This document shows, piece after piece, positions 51,801 to 61,339 of a stretch of 64,000 nt of DNA. The DNA lies in assembly GCA_002255985.1 (NCBI GenBank), contig NKIR01000014.1, forward strand, positions 3,919-67,918, read 5' to 3'. Source of the stretch: Sphingomonadaceae bacterium PASS1 (lineage in GTDB: Bacteria > Pseudomonadota > Alphaproteobacteria > Sphingomonadales > Sphingomonadaceae). A model generated the notes under the pieces. It had not been told where the DNA came from and ran no database searches. It saw only the letters and a list, made by a program, of their open reading frames with translations. Every line of letters starts with the position of its first letter. Positions within the stretch are counted from its first letter, which is position 1. The position numbers and the translations under genes are program-made.

Positions 51801-52321
51801 ATGGCGATGCACCCGCAAACGCAGCTATGCGCAAAGCCGCCAATCGCGGGAGGCTGATCCACGCATTGTTTGAGCGCATCACGGATAGCGAGTCGCTCAA
51901 AACGGCGGAGCAATGGTTAGCGGTCCAGGCTCGAAACGAGGATATCGACACCGGGCAGTTATTGGCCGAAGTGAACGCGGTTGTCAGCGATCCGGTCTGG
52001 GCGGCCTTTTTTGGTCCACAGGCGCGCGCTGAGGTTCCGCTTGTGGCTGTTGTGGGCGAAACCGTGATCAATGGCCGTATTGACCGGCTACTCGTCGAAC
52101 CCGGATTGGTGCGCGCGGTCGATTTCAAAACGGGTCGAAGCGTCCCCGGCGATGAACATAGCGTCCCCGTTCCGCATTTGCGCCAAATGGCACATTATCG
52201 CGCGGCGCTGCAGACGATTTTCCCTGACTGCAAGATTGAGGTCGCTTTGCTGTTCACGCACGCACCCCGGTTTATCACGCTTTCGGACGAGATATTGGCG
52301 CCTCATTATCCTGCCTCTTGA
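48887..52321 (+). CDS. addA: Helicase-nuclease AddA
   Basis: ASAGTGKT, VDEAQDT, VGDFKQAIY, MTVHGAKGLQ, nuclease GRIDRL..VDFKTG. Confidence 0.95.
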   Translation: MTSESSTPKPLIPAQRSAVIPGDNIWLSASAGTGKTQVLTARVIRLLLESDVEPENLLCITFTKAGASEMADRINQLLASWVQREDGALFHDLEAIGAHAGPEARKRARQLFAKVLDAPGGGLQILTIHSFCQSLLGSFPEEAGLVPGFKPIEGREQQELLREALVNLVLEVEARGDTKMVKDLQELSLNMGEDAALRFLHRAAASPDVMTMIPNDAGAVVWARRLAGVHFDGPVEDMLEDAFADARIPRATLQAVIDANLLWGKNKADSRGGKRAAVLQDWLSRSPTERAALLTDLHRCWSTAKGDPQISTSGHTPTTEVYAEHALKMFNWTEQLLGEVTRAQYADRLARALCIGKEFAAQYSRAKHAIGAVDFDDMIRRTAELLQHGQMAQWVRFKLDRQIDHILVDEAQDTNKAQWDIISALSDDFYSGMGANPEKSRTLFSVGDFKQAIYGFQGTAPERYEEAGRYFAKRIDAAGSELKRLTLSRSFRSTAPILDFVNAVIDGSGPADFGINDIIDPHYSEKPQFGLVELLQPISAKPNATDDSDTSDEEENWFSDEKRALAERLADHAKALIDERPWLESQGRHLEPGDILFLLRSRGDMASLLVAQLHERNVAVAGIDRLKLLQPLVVQDLLAAIKFVLQPNDDLSLACLLVSPIIGWTQEQLLAHGYVGDREGSLWQHIRGKPELADDLAPFRDMLAAADFTTVYHFLEQILSGPIGARRKFTARLGREVLVPIEEMLNSALQFEQQHGGGLQKFMAWFDRGEIEIKRESDNSTKEVRVMTVHGAKGLQAPVVILADITSDPTKKPDQSVELLMDEGQRTPLLPIRKSEQSGRLQDIVDMQKTRELQEHKRLLYVAITRAEERLIMAGSLGISRKGEPPAESWCAAIEKGMTALGCIWEEDPRWGRVMRHVGAEGASMVAPVTSAKKQSLAVARPASPEWLFAPAPIEQRPPRPLVPSRLDDDDYGDAPANAAMRKAANRGRLIHALFERITDSESLKTAEQWLAVQARNEDIDTGQLLAEVNAVVSDPVWAAFFGPQARAEVPLVAVVGETVINGRIDRLLVEPGLVRAVDFKTGRSVPGDEHSVPVPHLRQMAHYRAALQTIFPDCKIEVALLFTHAPRFITLSDEILAPHYPAS

Positions 52322-52402
52322 CAGCAGAACAAAAACTATCTGCCTTGGTCCTTGTCAGCATTTGGCAGTGGGCATACATGGGTGGCAACAAAGGAGACAA
52401 AC

Positions 52403-52723
52403 ATGGCTACCAAATCCGTAGGCGATAATGATTTCGCATCAGAAGTACTGGCATCGGGCAAACCCGTATTGGTCGATTTTTGGGCCGAATGGTGTGGTCC
52501 ATGCAAAATGATTGGCCCAAGCCTTGAAGAAATCAGCGAAGAGCTGGCTGGGCAGGTCGAGATCGTGAAGCTGAACATCGATGATCATCCCGATACGCCA
52601 GCAAAATATGGCGTGCGTGGCATCCCGACGATGATCCTGTTCAAAGGCGGAGAAATTGCGGACACGAAAGTCGGCGCTGCGCCAAAGGCTCAGCTGAAAA
52701 GCTGGTTGGAAGCTGCGCTTTAA
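52403..52723 (+). CDS. trxA: Thioredoxin
   Basis: WAEWCGPCK; AAGGAG RBS. Confidence 0.97.
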   Translation: MATKSVGDNDFASEVLASGKPVLVDFWAEWCGPCKMIGPSLEEISEELAGQVEIVKLNIDDHPDTPAKYGVRGIPTMILFKGGEIADTKVGAAPKAQLKSWLEAAL

Positions 52724-53943
52724 CTGCGATAATCGGCGTTGATGCTGATGTAGCCGTGGGTTAGGTCGCAGGTCCAAACCGTTGCACGCCCGGCCCCGAT
52801 ACCAAGATCAACGCCGATTTGAATTTCATTTTGTTTAAGATGTTGCGCCACCGGCGCTTCATCATATCCGGCCACAGCTAGGCCATTATGCGCAACTTGC
52901 GTCGCCCCGAAACTGATGGATAGGTTGTCGCGGTTTGCAGGCTCTCCCGCTTTGCCAACAGCCATGACGACGCGGCCCCAATTGGCATCTTCACCCGCAA
53001 TCGCGGTTTTCACCAAGGGTGAATTGGCAATGGCCAAGCCGATCCGCCGCGCGCTATCATCGTTCGCAGCGCCGGACACGTTGATTTCAATAAACTTCTG
53101 CGCGCCTTCGCCATCGCGGACAACGAGATGCGCGAGCTGACGGCAGATGTCATTAAGCGCCGCAGCAAACGCGTCCGCGCCAGCATCGTCATATGACGTA
53201 AGCGGCGTATTGCCTGCTTTGCCCGTTGCAAATGCCAACACAGTATCGCTGGTCGATGTGTCGCTGTCGACGGTGATACAGCTGAAACTGCTTTTGTTGG
53301 AAGCCGATAACATCTGCTGAAGGAAAGCGGCGTCTACGGCGGCGTCGGTGAAAATATAACCAAGCATAGTGGCCATGTCGGGGGCGATCATGCCTGAACC
53401 CTTGATGATGCCCACGAGGTGTACCTTGCGGCCATCGACCATCGCGCTCGCGGTTGCGCCTTTGGCAAAGGTGTCGGTGGTCCCGATCGTATGCGTCACG
53501 TCTTCCCAACTGCATGGTGCCGTATCAAAAACAGCGCGCAACCCAGACTGTGCTTTGTCGATGGGCAGGGGAACGCCAATAACACCGGTGGACGAAACGA
53601 AAATTTCCGAAGCATCGCAGTTCAAATGGCCCGCAACTTGCCCGGTAATTGCATCCACTGCGTCCTTGCCGCGTTGTCCGGTAAAGGCGTTGCTGTTCCC
53701 GGCATTCACCACCAAAGCGCGCGCGCGGCCATGCGCCAAATTCGCACGACAAAGGTCAACCTCGGCAGAGCAGCATATATTTTGTGTCGTGACGCCAGCG
53801 ACCGTTGTGCCTTCGTCGAGCGCGACATAACTTAAGTCGCAGCGGCCCCAATCCTTATACCCAGCACGCGCGACACGGGGCGTTGCACCCGCGATTTCGG
53901 GCATGATGGGGAATGGGATTGCGAGCGGCGATTTTACTAACAC
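52720..53943 (-). CDS. argJ: Ornithine acetyltransferase ArgJ
   Basis: NAGNSNAFTG, STGVIG, KGSGMIAPDMATML, DSDTSTSD, WTCDLT..YI.INADYRS. Confidence 0.96.
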   Translation of the reverse strand: MLVKSPLAIPFPIMPEIAGATPRVARAGYKDWGRCDLSYVALDEGTTVAGVTTQNICCSAEVDLCRANLAHGRARALVVNAGNSNAFTGQRGKDAVDAITGQVAGHLNCDASEIFVSSTGVIGVPLPIDKAQSGLRAVFDTAPCSWEDVTHTIGTTDTFAKGATASAMVDGRKVHLVGIIKGSGMIAPDMATMLGYIFTDAAVDAAFLQQMLSASNKSSFSCITVDSDTSTSDTVLAFATGKAGNTPLTSYDDAGADAFAAALNDICRQLAHLVVRDGEGAQKFIEINVSGAANDDSARRIGLAIANSPLVKTAIAGEDANWGRVVMAVGKAGEPANRDNLSISFGATQVAHNGLAVAGYDEAPVAQHLKQNEIQIGVDLGIGAGRATVWTCDLTHGYISINADYRS

Positions 53944-53991
53944 TTAAGAAACCTTTTGCTAAACCCCCGACAGACTAGGGAGAACAAAGAC

Positions 53992-55053
53992 ATGCTTTTT
54001 TATTCGGTGTTGGCGCTAGCATCAATTGTGGCCGAAACAAACGCCGAAAAACCTGCGCCTCCTCCTCCGGTTATCATGGTGCCCTCGGTCCGCTCTGTTT
54101 CTACACCCGCACCCGAAAAGGGACGGGAAAGATCGCCAATACCCAAAAATAATCCCGGCACTTGGGCAAACACGGGTGATTATCCACGTCTCGCGCTGCG
54201 CGAATTCCGTGAAGGAATAACGGGATTTACAGTAGATGTGTCTGTCGATGGACGTGTGACCAAATGTGCGATCACCAGCAGTAGCAGACATGCTGACCTC
54301 GATAAGGTAACGTGCGATAATGTTACGGCGCGTGCCCAATTTTATCCGGGGAAGGATAAAAATGGCGTTGCGACCACCGGCAGCTATTCGAACCGCGTTC
54401 GCTGGCAAATACCGGAAGTTTTGAGCATGGCATCAATGCCTATAATAACCGAAAGTCTACCGCGTCCGCCAAAGCCGTCAAATAGAGCGCAGCTAACGAT
54501 ACCTACCGACAAATACCCTGCTGCGGCTTTGGCCGAAGGAAAACAGGGACAGACAACGTTTACGCTCAATGTCGACAGCACTGGAAAGGTTTTAGATTGT
54601 TCGGTTACCGTCAGCAGCAAGGCTCCCGAATTGGACCAACAAGCATGTGCACTTGCACGCGATTGGAGTTTTGACCCCGCGTTGGATGCCGATGGAGCGC
54701 CATCTTCAGGGAAGAGCGCGCATACGCTATATTGGCGGCTTCCGAAACGTGCTGCCGCTACATCTATGAACCCTCGGCGTCTCCGCTCAAATCCCTTTGA
54801 AAAGCCCGGTTCCATTGGCCTAACATTTGACATTGACGCGACTGGTAAGATGACGCGTTGCGAAGCGGAGAGCGAAGGCGCGCTCTTTGCTCAAAGGCCT
54901 GATAAGAACTTCTTGGATATAGTCTGCTCAGGTATTGGGAAGCGTGATGTCGCTCCGTTTCTGGATAGTGACGGCAAGCCACAGGCCAAACGCATCAAGT
55001 TCCGGATGTCGGTGGAGCATGAAGACCTTAAGACAGGCGCGGCCAGTAAGTAG
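53992..55053 (+). CDS. Protein with tandem TonB C-terminal domains
   Basis: Signal-like N-terminus, Pro-rich linker, two repeats of YP..A..E...G.T.F.(V/L).V...G.V..C.(I/V)T.SS....LD...C. Confidence 0.8.
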   Translation: MLFYSVLALASIVAETNAEKPAPPPPVIMVPSVRSVSTPAPEKGRERSPIPKNNPGTWANTGDYPRLALREFREGITGFTVDVSVDGRVTKCAITSSSRHADLDKVTCDNVTARAQFYPGKDKNGVATTGSYSNRVRWQIPEVLSMASMPIITESLPRPPKPSNRAQLTIPTDKYPAAALAEGKQGQTTFTLNVDSTGKVLDCSVTVSSKAPELDQQACALARDWSFDPALDADGAPSSGKSAHTLYWRLPKRAAATSMNPRRLRSNPFEKPGSIGLTFDIDATGKMTRCEAESEGALFAQRPDKNFLDIVCSGIGKRDVAPFLDSDGKPQAKRIKFRMSVEHEDLKTGAASK

Positions 55054-55125
55054 GCAGTGCGCCTTCGCTGTGGACTTTGCCGCCGTGGCTAACTATATCC
55101 GCAGCAGCACCGAACAGGGCCATAT

Positions 55126-55398
55126 ATGCGCATATTGATTTATCTACTGGCGATGTTGAGCGGGTTTTCCGCTGCGGATGCTGCGCGCCCCGTTTCCTCA
55201 TCGTCTGCGTCAGTAGATTTGGCTGCGGTTCAGGCCTATGTCACGGCTGCTGTTCAGGAAGCGGATAATGCGTTTGAGCAGCCGGTGCATGTGACGCCGA
55301 CTGCGCGCGTGCACCTTATGCCAGTCGATGGCAGCGTCGCGTTCGTCGCATTGGTACCTGATACGCCCGTTTACCGGCACGACCTCATTTTAGGGTAG
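55126..55398 (+). CDS. 90-aa signal-peptide ORF upstream of secA
   Basis: [19 protein letters not shown] signal peptide; co-oriented, ends 89 nt before the secA ATG. Confidence 0.7.
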   Translation: MRILIYLLAMLSGFSAADAARPVSSSSASVDLAAVQAYVTAAVQEADNAFEQPVHVTPTARVHLMPVDGSVAFVALVPDTPVYRHDLILG

Positions 55399-55487
55399 GG
55401 CATCTCACCCGCTGCGGTGCACCTTTTTTATACCCTATTTCGCGCCAGCTTGCGCGCGTCTCCCACATGATTTCAAAGGAATTAGTT

Positions 55488-58217
55488 ATGTTCGGCGGAA
55501 TTGCCAAAGCCCTGTTTGGGTCATCCAACGACCGTTACGTCAAATCGATCATGAAGATCGTCGACAAGATCAACGCGCTCGAAGCCGAAATTTCAGTCAT
55601 GGATGACGAGCGGTTGAAGGGGCAGACCCAGATTTTTCGTGACCGCCTTGCTGCCGGCGAAACGCTGGACGACATTTTGCCTGAGGCATTTGCCACGGTA
55701 CGTGAGGCGTCGAAGCGCGTCATGGGTATGCGCCATTTCGATGTGCAGATGGTTGGCGGCATCGTACTCCACCGCGGAGAGATTGCCGAAATGCGCACCG
55801 GTGAAGGCAAGACCCTGACCGAGACTTTGGCGTGCTATCTGAACGCGATCGAAGGCAAGGGTGTGCACGTTGTAACCGTGAACGACTATCTTGCGCGCCG
55901 TGACGCCGAATGGATGAGCAAGATTTACGGCTTTCTTGGGCTGACCACGGGTGTTGTTGTTCCGAACATTCCCGAGCATGAACGCCGTGCCGCTTATGAC
56001 AGTGATATCACCTACGCGACCAACAATGAGCTTGGTTTCGACTATTTGCGCGACAACATGAAATATGAACGCGCACAGATGGTACAGCGTCCATTTAACT
56101 TTGCGATCGTGGACGAAGTGGACTCGATCCTAGTCGATGAAGCGCGGACACCGCTGATTATCTCGGGCCCGACCGATGATAAGTCAGAATTGTATATGCA
56201 GGTGCATGCTGTTGTCCTTCAACTCGACGATGGCGATTATGAAAAAGACGAAAAGAGCCGCAATGTCACGTTGACCGAGGACGGCACCGAAAAGGCTGAG
56301 CGCTTGCTTGAGGGTGCAGGGTTGCTGACCGGCTCCAACCTGTATGATTATGAAAACACATTGGTTGTGCACCATCTGGATCAGGCACTCAAAGCCAATG
56401 TGATGTTCAAGCGCGACATTGATTACATCGTCAAAGATGGCAAGGTCATCATCATCGATGAATTCACAGGCCGCATGATGGATGGACGCCGTTGGTCAAA
56501 TGGCCTGCATCAGGCCGTCGAAGCCAAAGAAGGCGTCGACATTGAGCCAGAGAACCAGACGCTCGCAACAATCACTTTCCAGAACTATTTCCGCATGTAT
56601 CCAAAATTGTCGGGCATGACCGGAACCGCGGCGACCGAAGCCGGCGAATTCCACGAGATTTACAAACTGAACGTCGTTGAAATTCCCACCAACGTGCCCG
56701 TGCAGCGTATTGATGAAGACGACCAGTTCTACAAAAATACGCAGGACAAATTTGGCGCCATTGCCAAGACCATTCGTGAAGCAAATGAGCGGGGCCAGCC
56801 CGTTTTGGTCGGTACTGTTTCCATCGAAAAATCCGAGTTGCTGTCCGAATTCCTGGAAAAGGAAAATGTGAAGCACAGCGTGCTCAACGCCCGTTTCCAC
56901 GAAAGCGAAGCGCATATTGTGGCGCAAGCTGGTCGTTTCGGCAGCGTAACAATTGCCACTAACATGGCTGGTCGCGGCACAGATATTCAGCTTGGCGGTA
57001 ACTTTGAATTCCGTTTGGAAGATGAATTGCGTGATGTGCCAGAAGGCCCGGAGCGCGATGCCGCAATCGAAGCATTGAAAGCCGAAATTGCTGCTGAAAA
57101 GGCAAAGGTTCTGGAAGCGGGCGGCTTGTTTGTTCTGGCGACAGAGCGGCATGAAAGTCGCCGTATCGATAACCAGCTACGTGGTCGTTCAGGCCGTCAG
57201 GGTGACCCCGGCCTCTCGCGCTTCTATCTATCGCTCGACGATGATCTTTTGCGCATATTCGGTTCGGAGACATTATTCTCGCGCATGATGAATTCCAGTC
57301 TGGAAGACGGAGAGGCCATCGGTGGTAAATGGTTGTCGAAAGCCATTGAAACCGCACAACGCAAGGTTGAAGCGCGGAACTACGATATCCGCAAGCAGCT
57401 GGTGGAATATGACGATGTCATGAACGACCAGCGCAAGGTGATTTACGACCAGCGCAGCGATATCATGGATGCAGAAGCCGTCGACGATATCATTGAGGAT
57501 ATGCTCAACGACACAGTCAACAATCTGGTTGGCGATCACTGCCCTGAAGGCACCTATCCGGAACAATGGGATGTTGATGGACTGAAGCAGAAATGTGCGG
57601 AAGTTTTGGGGCTTGCTCCGGACATCGATAGCTGGTTGCAGGAAGACGGCCTCGATCCCGAAGTGATCGAAACCCGAATTGCCGACCTGGCGACCGCCAG
57701 GTTTAAGGCAAAGGGCGCTGATCTTGACGAAACCGTATGGCGTCAGGTCGAAAAGAGCATTTTGCTGCAAACGCTCGACCATCATTGGAAAGAGCATTTG
57801 TCGACTTTGGATGCCCTGCGTCAGGTTATTTACTTGCGCGCCTATGCGCAGAAGAATCCCATCAATGAATATAAGCAGGAAGCATTTGGCCTGTTTGAAC
57901 GCATGTTGGGTGCCATTCGTGAAGGCGTAACCAAGACAATCGCGACCAATGAATTCCGCGCAGAAGAAGAGCTCGTTCCGCCTCAACTGCCTGAATTGCC
58001 GGATTTCCTCACAACGCATATCGACCCGTTCACCGACGAAGATGACACCAATGACATCGATGCCGGTTCACTTGGGTTTGTCACGACGACGATCCCACGC
58101 CCAGCGATTGCATCGGGTTCAAACGACCCGTTTGCGGGCAATCCTGATTTGCGCCGTAACGACCCATGCCCTTGCGGTTCCGGGCAAAAGTATAAGCACT
58201 GTCACGGCGCATATTGA
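55488..58217 (+). CDS. secA: Preprotein translocase SecA
   Basis: [30 protein letters not shown]-terminal [13 protein letters not shown]. Confidence 0.98.
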   Translation: MFGGIAKALFGSSNDRYVKSIMKIVDKINALEAEISVMDDERLKGQTQIFRDRLAAGETLDDILPEAFATVREASKRVMGMRHFDVQMVGGIVLHRGEIAEMRTGEGKTLTETLACYLNAIEGKGVHVVTVNDYLARRDAEWMSKIYGFLGLTTGVVVPNIPEHERRAAYDSDITYATNNELGFDYLRDNMKYERAQMVQRPFNFAIVDEVDSILVDEARTPLIISGPTDDKSELYMQVHAVVLQLDDGDYEKDEKSRNVTLTEDGTEKAERLLEGAGLLTGSNLYDYENTLVVHHLDQALKANVMFKRDIDYIVKDGKVIIIDEFTGRMMDGRRWSNGLHQAVEAKEGVDIEPENQTLATITFQNYFRMYPKLSGMTGTAATEAGEFHEIYKLNVVEIPTNVPVQRIDEDDQFYKNTQDKFGAIAKTIREANERGQPVLVGTVSIEKSELLSEFLEKENVKHSVLNARFHESEAHIVAQAGRFGSVTIATNMAGRGTDIQLGGNFEFRLEDELRDVPEGPERDAAIEALKAEIAAEKAKVLEAGGLFVLATERHESRRIDNQLRGRSGRQGDPGLSRFYLSLDDDLLRIFGSETLFSRMMNSSLEDGEAIGGKWLSKAIETAQRKVEARNYDIRKQLVEYDDVMNDQRKVIYDQRSDIMDAEAVDDIIEDMLNDTVNNLVGDHCPEGTYPEQWDVDGLKQKCAEVLGLAPDIDSWLQEDGLDPEVIETRIADLATARFKAKGADLDETVWRQVEKSILLQTLDHHWKEHLSTLDALRQVIYLRAYAQKNPINEYKQEAFGLFERMLGAIREGVTKTIATNEFRAEEELVPPQLPELPDFLTTHIDPFTDEDDTNDIDAGSLGFVTTTIPRPAIASGSNDPFAGNPDLRRNDPCPCGSGQKYKHCHGAY

Positions 58218-58241
58218 AGGCATTGAACGGGGAGGGCGAGG

Positions 58242-58988
58242 ATGATCTGGTTGGCTGGACTCTTCGCTCTCGTCGCTTTTGTGTACGCCTCGGTCGGCTT
58301 TGGCGGGGGGTCGACCTATACGGCGTTGCTGGCGCTTTGGGGCGTTGATTATCGGCTGATCCCGGTCATTGCATTGTTATGCAATATCATTGTGGTGACA
58401 GGCGGCAGCATCCGCTTCGTACGTGCCGGGTTGGTGTCTTGGCCGCAAGTCATGCCGCTATTGCTGATATCCGCGCCACTCGCGTTCTTGGGCGGGCTTG
58501 TGCCGCTCAAGCAATGGGTTTTCCTGACTATCTTAGGCGGGGCATTGCTTGCGTCTGCCATTGCCCTGTTGCTTCAGCCTGAAAAGCTTTCGGCGCGTAC
58601 GCTGCCCAAGCCATTGCTGTTGGTAATTTCCGGCGGTGTCGGCCTGCTGGCTGGCTTGTCCGGGATTGGCGGCGGGATATTCATGGCACCGATATTGCAC
58701 CTTATCCGCTGGGCAGAGGCACGGCGCATTGCCGCCTTTGCGTCGCTCTACATATTGATCAATTCGGCCGCAGGGCTGGCAGGGCAGGTCATAAAAGCCG
58801 GTGCACAGTCGCTGGCATTGCCCGCGATGGAATATGGCCTGCTACTCGCGGCTGTGCTGGTCGGCGGGCAAATCGGAAGCATATTCGGAATGCGCTATCT
58901 GTCGCCGCGACTTCTGCGCACATTTACCGCAATATTGGTCGGTTACGCCGCGCTGCGGCTGCTTTGGCAGGCGCATGGGCTTTATTAA
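58242..58988 (+). CDS. TauE/SafE family exporter
   Basis: GFGGGSTY and GIGGGIF repeats, about 8 TM segments. Confidence 0.88.
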   Translation: MIWLAGLFALVAFVYASVGFGGGSTYTALLALWGVDYRLIPVIALLCNIIVVTGGSIRFVRAGLVSWPQVMPLLLISAPLAFLGGLVPLKQWVFLTILGGALLASAIALLLQPEKLSARTLPKPLLLVISGGVGLLAGLSGIGGGIFMAPILHLIRWAEARRIAAFASLYILINSAAGLAGQVIKAGAQSLALPAMEYGLLLAAVLVGGQIGSIFGMRYLSPRLLRTFTAILVGYAALRLLWQAHGLY

Positions 58989-59007
58989 CATTATGAGCCA
59001 GAAAAAA

Positions 59008-59019
59008 TGGCTCCCCGGG
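59008..59019 (-). mobile_element. att core: duplicated 3' end of tRNA-Asn
   Basis: TGGCTCCCCGGG is the reverse complement of CCCGGGGAGCCA, a CCA-ending 3' end typical of alphaproteobacterial tRNA-Asn; the rest of the tRNA is absent. Confidence 0.72.
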
Positions 59020-59040
59020 AGGGACCAATATAACTTTCTA

Positions 59041-59086
59041 AATCAACACCTTATTCATATTATAATAACATAAAATCAATATGTTA
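59041..59086 (+). promoter_or_regulatory. Two IHF consensus sites in att region
   Basis: AATCAACACCTTA (59041-59053) and AATCAATATGTTA (59074-59086), both matching WATCAANNNNTTR. Confidence 0.72.
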
Positions 59087-59137
59087 TTTATCCATTTGTA
59101 GATAGCTGTATCGTGACATCTTCCCGAAGCGAATGAA

Positions 59138-59160
59138 AAAGTGTACCCAAAGTGTATCCC
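59138..59160 (+). repeat. Putative integrase arm-binding direct repeats
   Basis: AAAGTGTACCC-AAAGTGTATCCC tandem repeat, 30 bp before the integrase ATG. Confidence 0.6.
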
Positions 59161-59190
59161 GAGAGACCTTTCTCGGGCAGGGGTTCAACT

Positions 59191-60441
59191 ATGGCGCTAA
59201 TGACAGACTTGGCTATTCGGAACTGGAAGCCGACGAAGCCACGTGAGACAAAACCCTGTGGCGGGCGAGATGGGTTATACATTCGTGCTAACTCGGCCGG
59301 TGGCAAAGCGTTCTATTGGCGCAAAACGTCATTCTATCGATTGGGCGATTATCCAGAGCTTACACTGACAAAGGCGCGGGCAATGGCGGCCGTTTGTAAT
59401 GATCGAGCGCGGGCAGGTATAGCGCCTGAGGCAATCGTTGCAGCCTTACGAGGTACAACGGCTCTGGCTGATGTTGCTGACGCTGACGCTGAGGCGATAA
59501 TGGCCTTACCCAAGTCGCGTTTGCGAACAAAAGCTGCGGACACTGGAAAGCCAACATTCGATTGTGCATTCTTCGAGTTCTATGAGGCTTACGCCAAATC
59601 AAATCGCCAAGCGGGCCCCAGCCGTAAACAGCCACTCAGCCTGCATCGCGATCATGTCCCTCAAGCCCTAAAGCTGATGGCGATGGATGAGATCAAGCGA
59701 TCGGACATTTTCCCTTGGATGCTGAAGCTGCTCAAGGAGAAGCATGAGACGGGTCGCAGATTGCGCAATCAGTTGGAGCGCGTGTTCGAGTTTGCGATCA
59801 ACAATGGCTATTGCGATGCGAACCCAGTGCCCAATAGGCGGGCTTTTGAAATTAAGAAGCCGAAAGCCAATGCTCACGGCACCCTCGATTATACAAGGCT
59901 ACCTGACCTGTGGGCGTGGGTTGATACGCGTGATTTCTTGCCACAAACACGCGCTGCAATAAGGCTGCTTATGCTGTCGGCGCATCGTGTCAGTGTTGTC
60001 CTTGCTGCGCGCTGGGAGCATTTTGACCTTGAAGCCTGCACTTGGACTGTTCCAGCTAAGACTGACAATGAAACGCCGGGCTTAATGAAGTCGGGCAGGG
60101 CGCATACCATCACTCTACCGAGGGCGTTTTTGGATGAGCTAAAGGCTATGAAGCGCGATGAGCGTTTGCTTTTCCCCTCAACGTCAGGCCGCGGGCATCT
60201 GACAGAGAACGCCCTGCTAAAAGCGCTAAAGACCTATGATGAGGGTATCACCGCCCACGGGTTCAGGAATACCTTCAAAACTTGGGCGCGTTCTGTAGGC
60301 GTCGCTGACTGGATAGCAGATGCATATGTGGACCATAGTCTGAAGGGACTTGACGCATCATACCGCCGCGAAGATCCTGCGCGTGTTATCGCTGAATGTG
60401 CTGCAGTTACGGAGAGGTTGTACAAATATGTCCGTGGGTAA
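59191..60441 (+). CDS. P4-like tyrosine integrase with arm-binding domain
   Basis: LTD..IR..KP...DGLY arm domain; catalytic R (AHRVS), HGFR, H (VDHSL) and Y (ASYRR). Confidence 0.93.
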   Translation: MALMTDLAIRNWKPTKPRETKPCGGRDGLYIRANSAGGKAFYWRKTSFYRLGDYPELTLTKARAMAAVCNDRARAGIAPEAIVAALRGTTALADVADADAEAIMALPKSRLRTKAADTGKPTFDCAFFEFYEAYAKSNRQAGPSRKQPLSLHRDHVPQALKLMAMDEIKRSDIFPWMLKLLKEKHETGRRLRNQLERVFEFAINNGYCDANPVPNRRAFEIKKPKANAHGTLDYTRLPDLWAWVDTRDFLPQTRAAIRLLMLSAHRVSVVLAARWEHFDLEACTWTVPAKTDNETPGLMKSGRAHTITLPRAFLDELKAMKRDERLLFPSTSGRGHLTENALLKALKTYDEGITAHGFRNTFKTWARSVGVADWIADAYVDHSLKGLDASYRREDPARVIAECAAVTERLYKYVRG

Positions 60442-60982
60442 GCGCCTTGAACGCGAAAGGCTGGAGCGCATCGAGATACTGCGCGGCGATATTGAGAAGC
60501 GAGGCATCGACGCTGCAATTGACTACGCAAAAAGCCGTTTGAATAAGGTGCCCAAGCACGGGGCTTTCGATGGTCTTCGGGAACCAATGCTAAATGCATC
60601 GCTTAACCTTGGAACCCTGACAGAATCGCAACTGGAAGAATTGCTAAAACAGCCCCAGCGCCATGATGAAATTCGTGATTGGTTAGCAAGGAATCTCGAC
60701 CATATTAACCCTGTCATTCGGGCAGTGACAGCCAAGGTTCTGAAGGGAGAACTTATTAGTTCTTCGAGATCGGGCCCGAAAACAAAGGCAGACCCAGTTT
60801 TCCAATTTGCAGCATGGCAGATTGCCTCCGATTTGAAGGAACTCGGGTATGCAATGTCTCAAGGTGAGCCAGCCAATTATGAGCACTTCACTGCTGCTGA
60901 AGTCATCGCAACCGCGGCGGGGGTCTCCGCAAGCCTTGTGCGAGATTGGATCGCGGCAGGACAAAAACTGGCGGTAAGTTAA
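60428..60982 (+). CDS. Hypothetical protein with possible C-terminal HTH
   Basis: ORF overlaps the integrase end; C-terminal AAEVIATAAGVSASLVRDW resembles an HTH. Confidence 0.65.
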   Translation: MSVGKRLERERLERIEILRGDIEKRGIDAAIDYAKSRLNKVPKHGAFDGLREPMLNASLNLGTLTESQLEELLKQPQRHDEIRDWLARNLDHINPVIRAVTAKVLKGELISSSRSGPKTKADPVFQFAAWQIASDLKELGYAMSQGEPANYEHFTAAEVIATAAGVSASLVRDWIAAGQKLAVS

Positions 60983-61049
60983 TGTTCTACTATAGTTAAA
61001 AACCGTGTTTAGAAGGTGAGACTGTCTTTAAATCCGAAAGGAGACAGTC

Positions 61050-61238
61050 ATGAGTACCGAGTACCTTTTAACTATCGATGAAGCCGCAGATCGGCTTCGC
61101 GTCCACAGAAGTTATGTGTATAAATTAATCTATGCAGGCGTTCTGCCTCAACCAATAAAGTTGGGTCGTGCTGCTCGCTTCAAGGCAAGCGAGTTGGATC
61201 AGGCCATATGCGCTCTTTCAACAGAACACGCTCAATAA
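61050..61238 (+). CDS. AlpA/excisionase-type HTH regulator
   Basis: LLTIDEAADRLRVHRSYVYKLI..G.LP.PIKLGRAARF; AAGGAG RBS. Confidence 0.9.
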   Translation: MSTEYLLTIDEAADRLRVHRSYVYKLIYAGVLPQPIKLGRAARFKASELDQAICALSTEHAQ

Positions 61239-61339
61239 CAAAAACCCGCACTGGATTAGCAGCGCGGGTCGAAGATGCTTGGTAGCCTCTTCTGTATACT
61301 GCGGCCTGCTGATCCTTGCAAGAATCAAGGTCTATCATC

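Noticed and set aside
59008-59030. Intact tRNA gene
   Set aside because: Only 12 nt of the 3' acceptor end are present; no T-arm GGTTCGAATCC or anticodon arm
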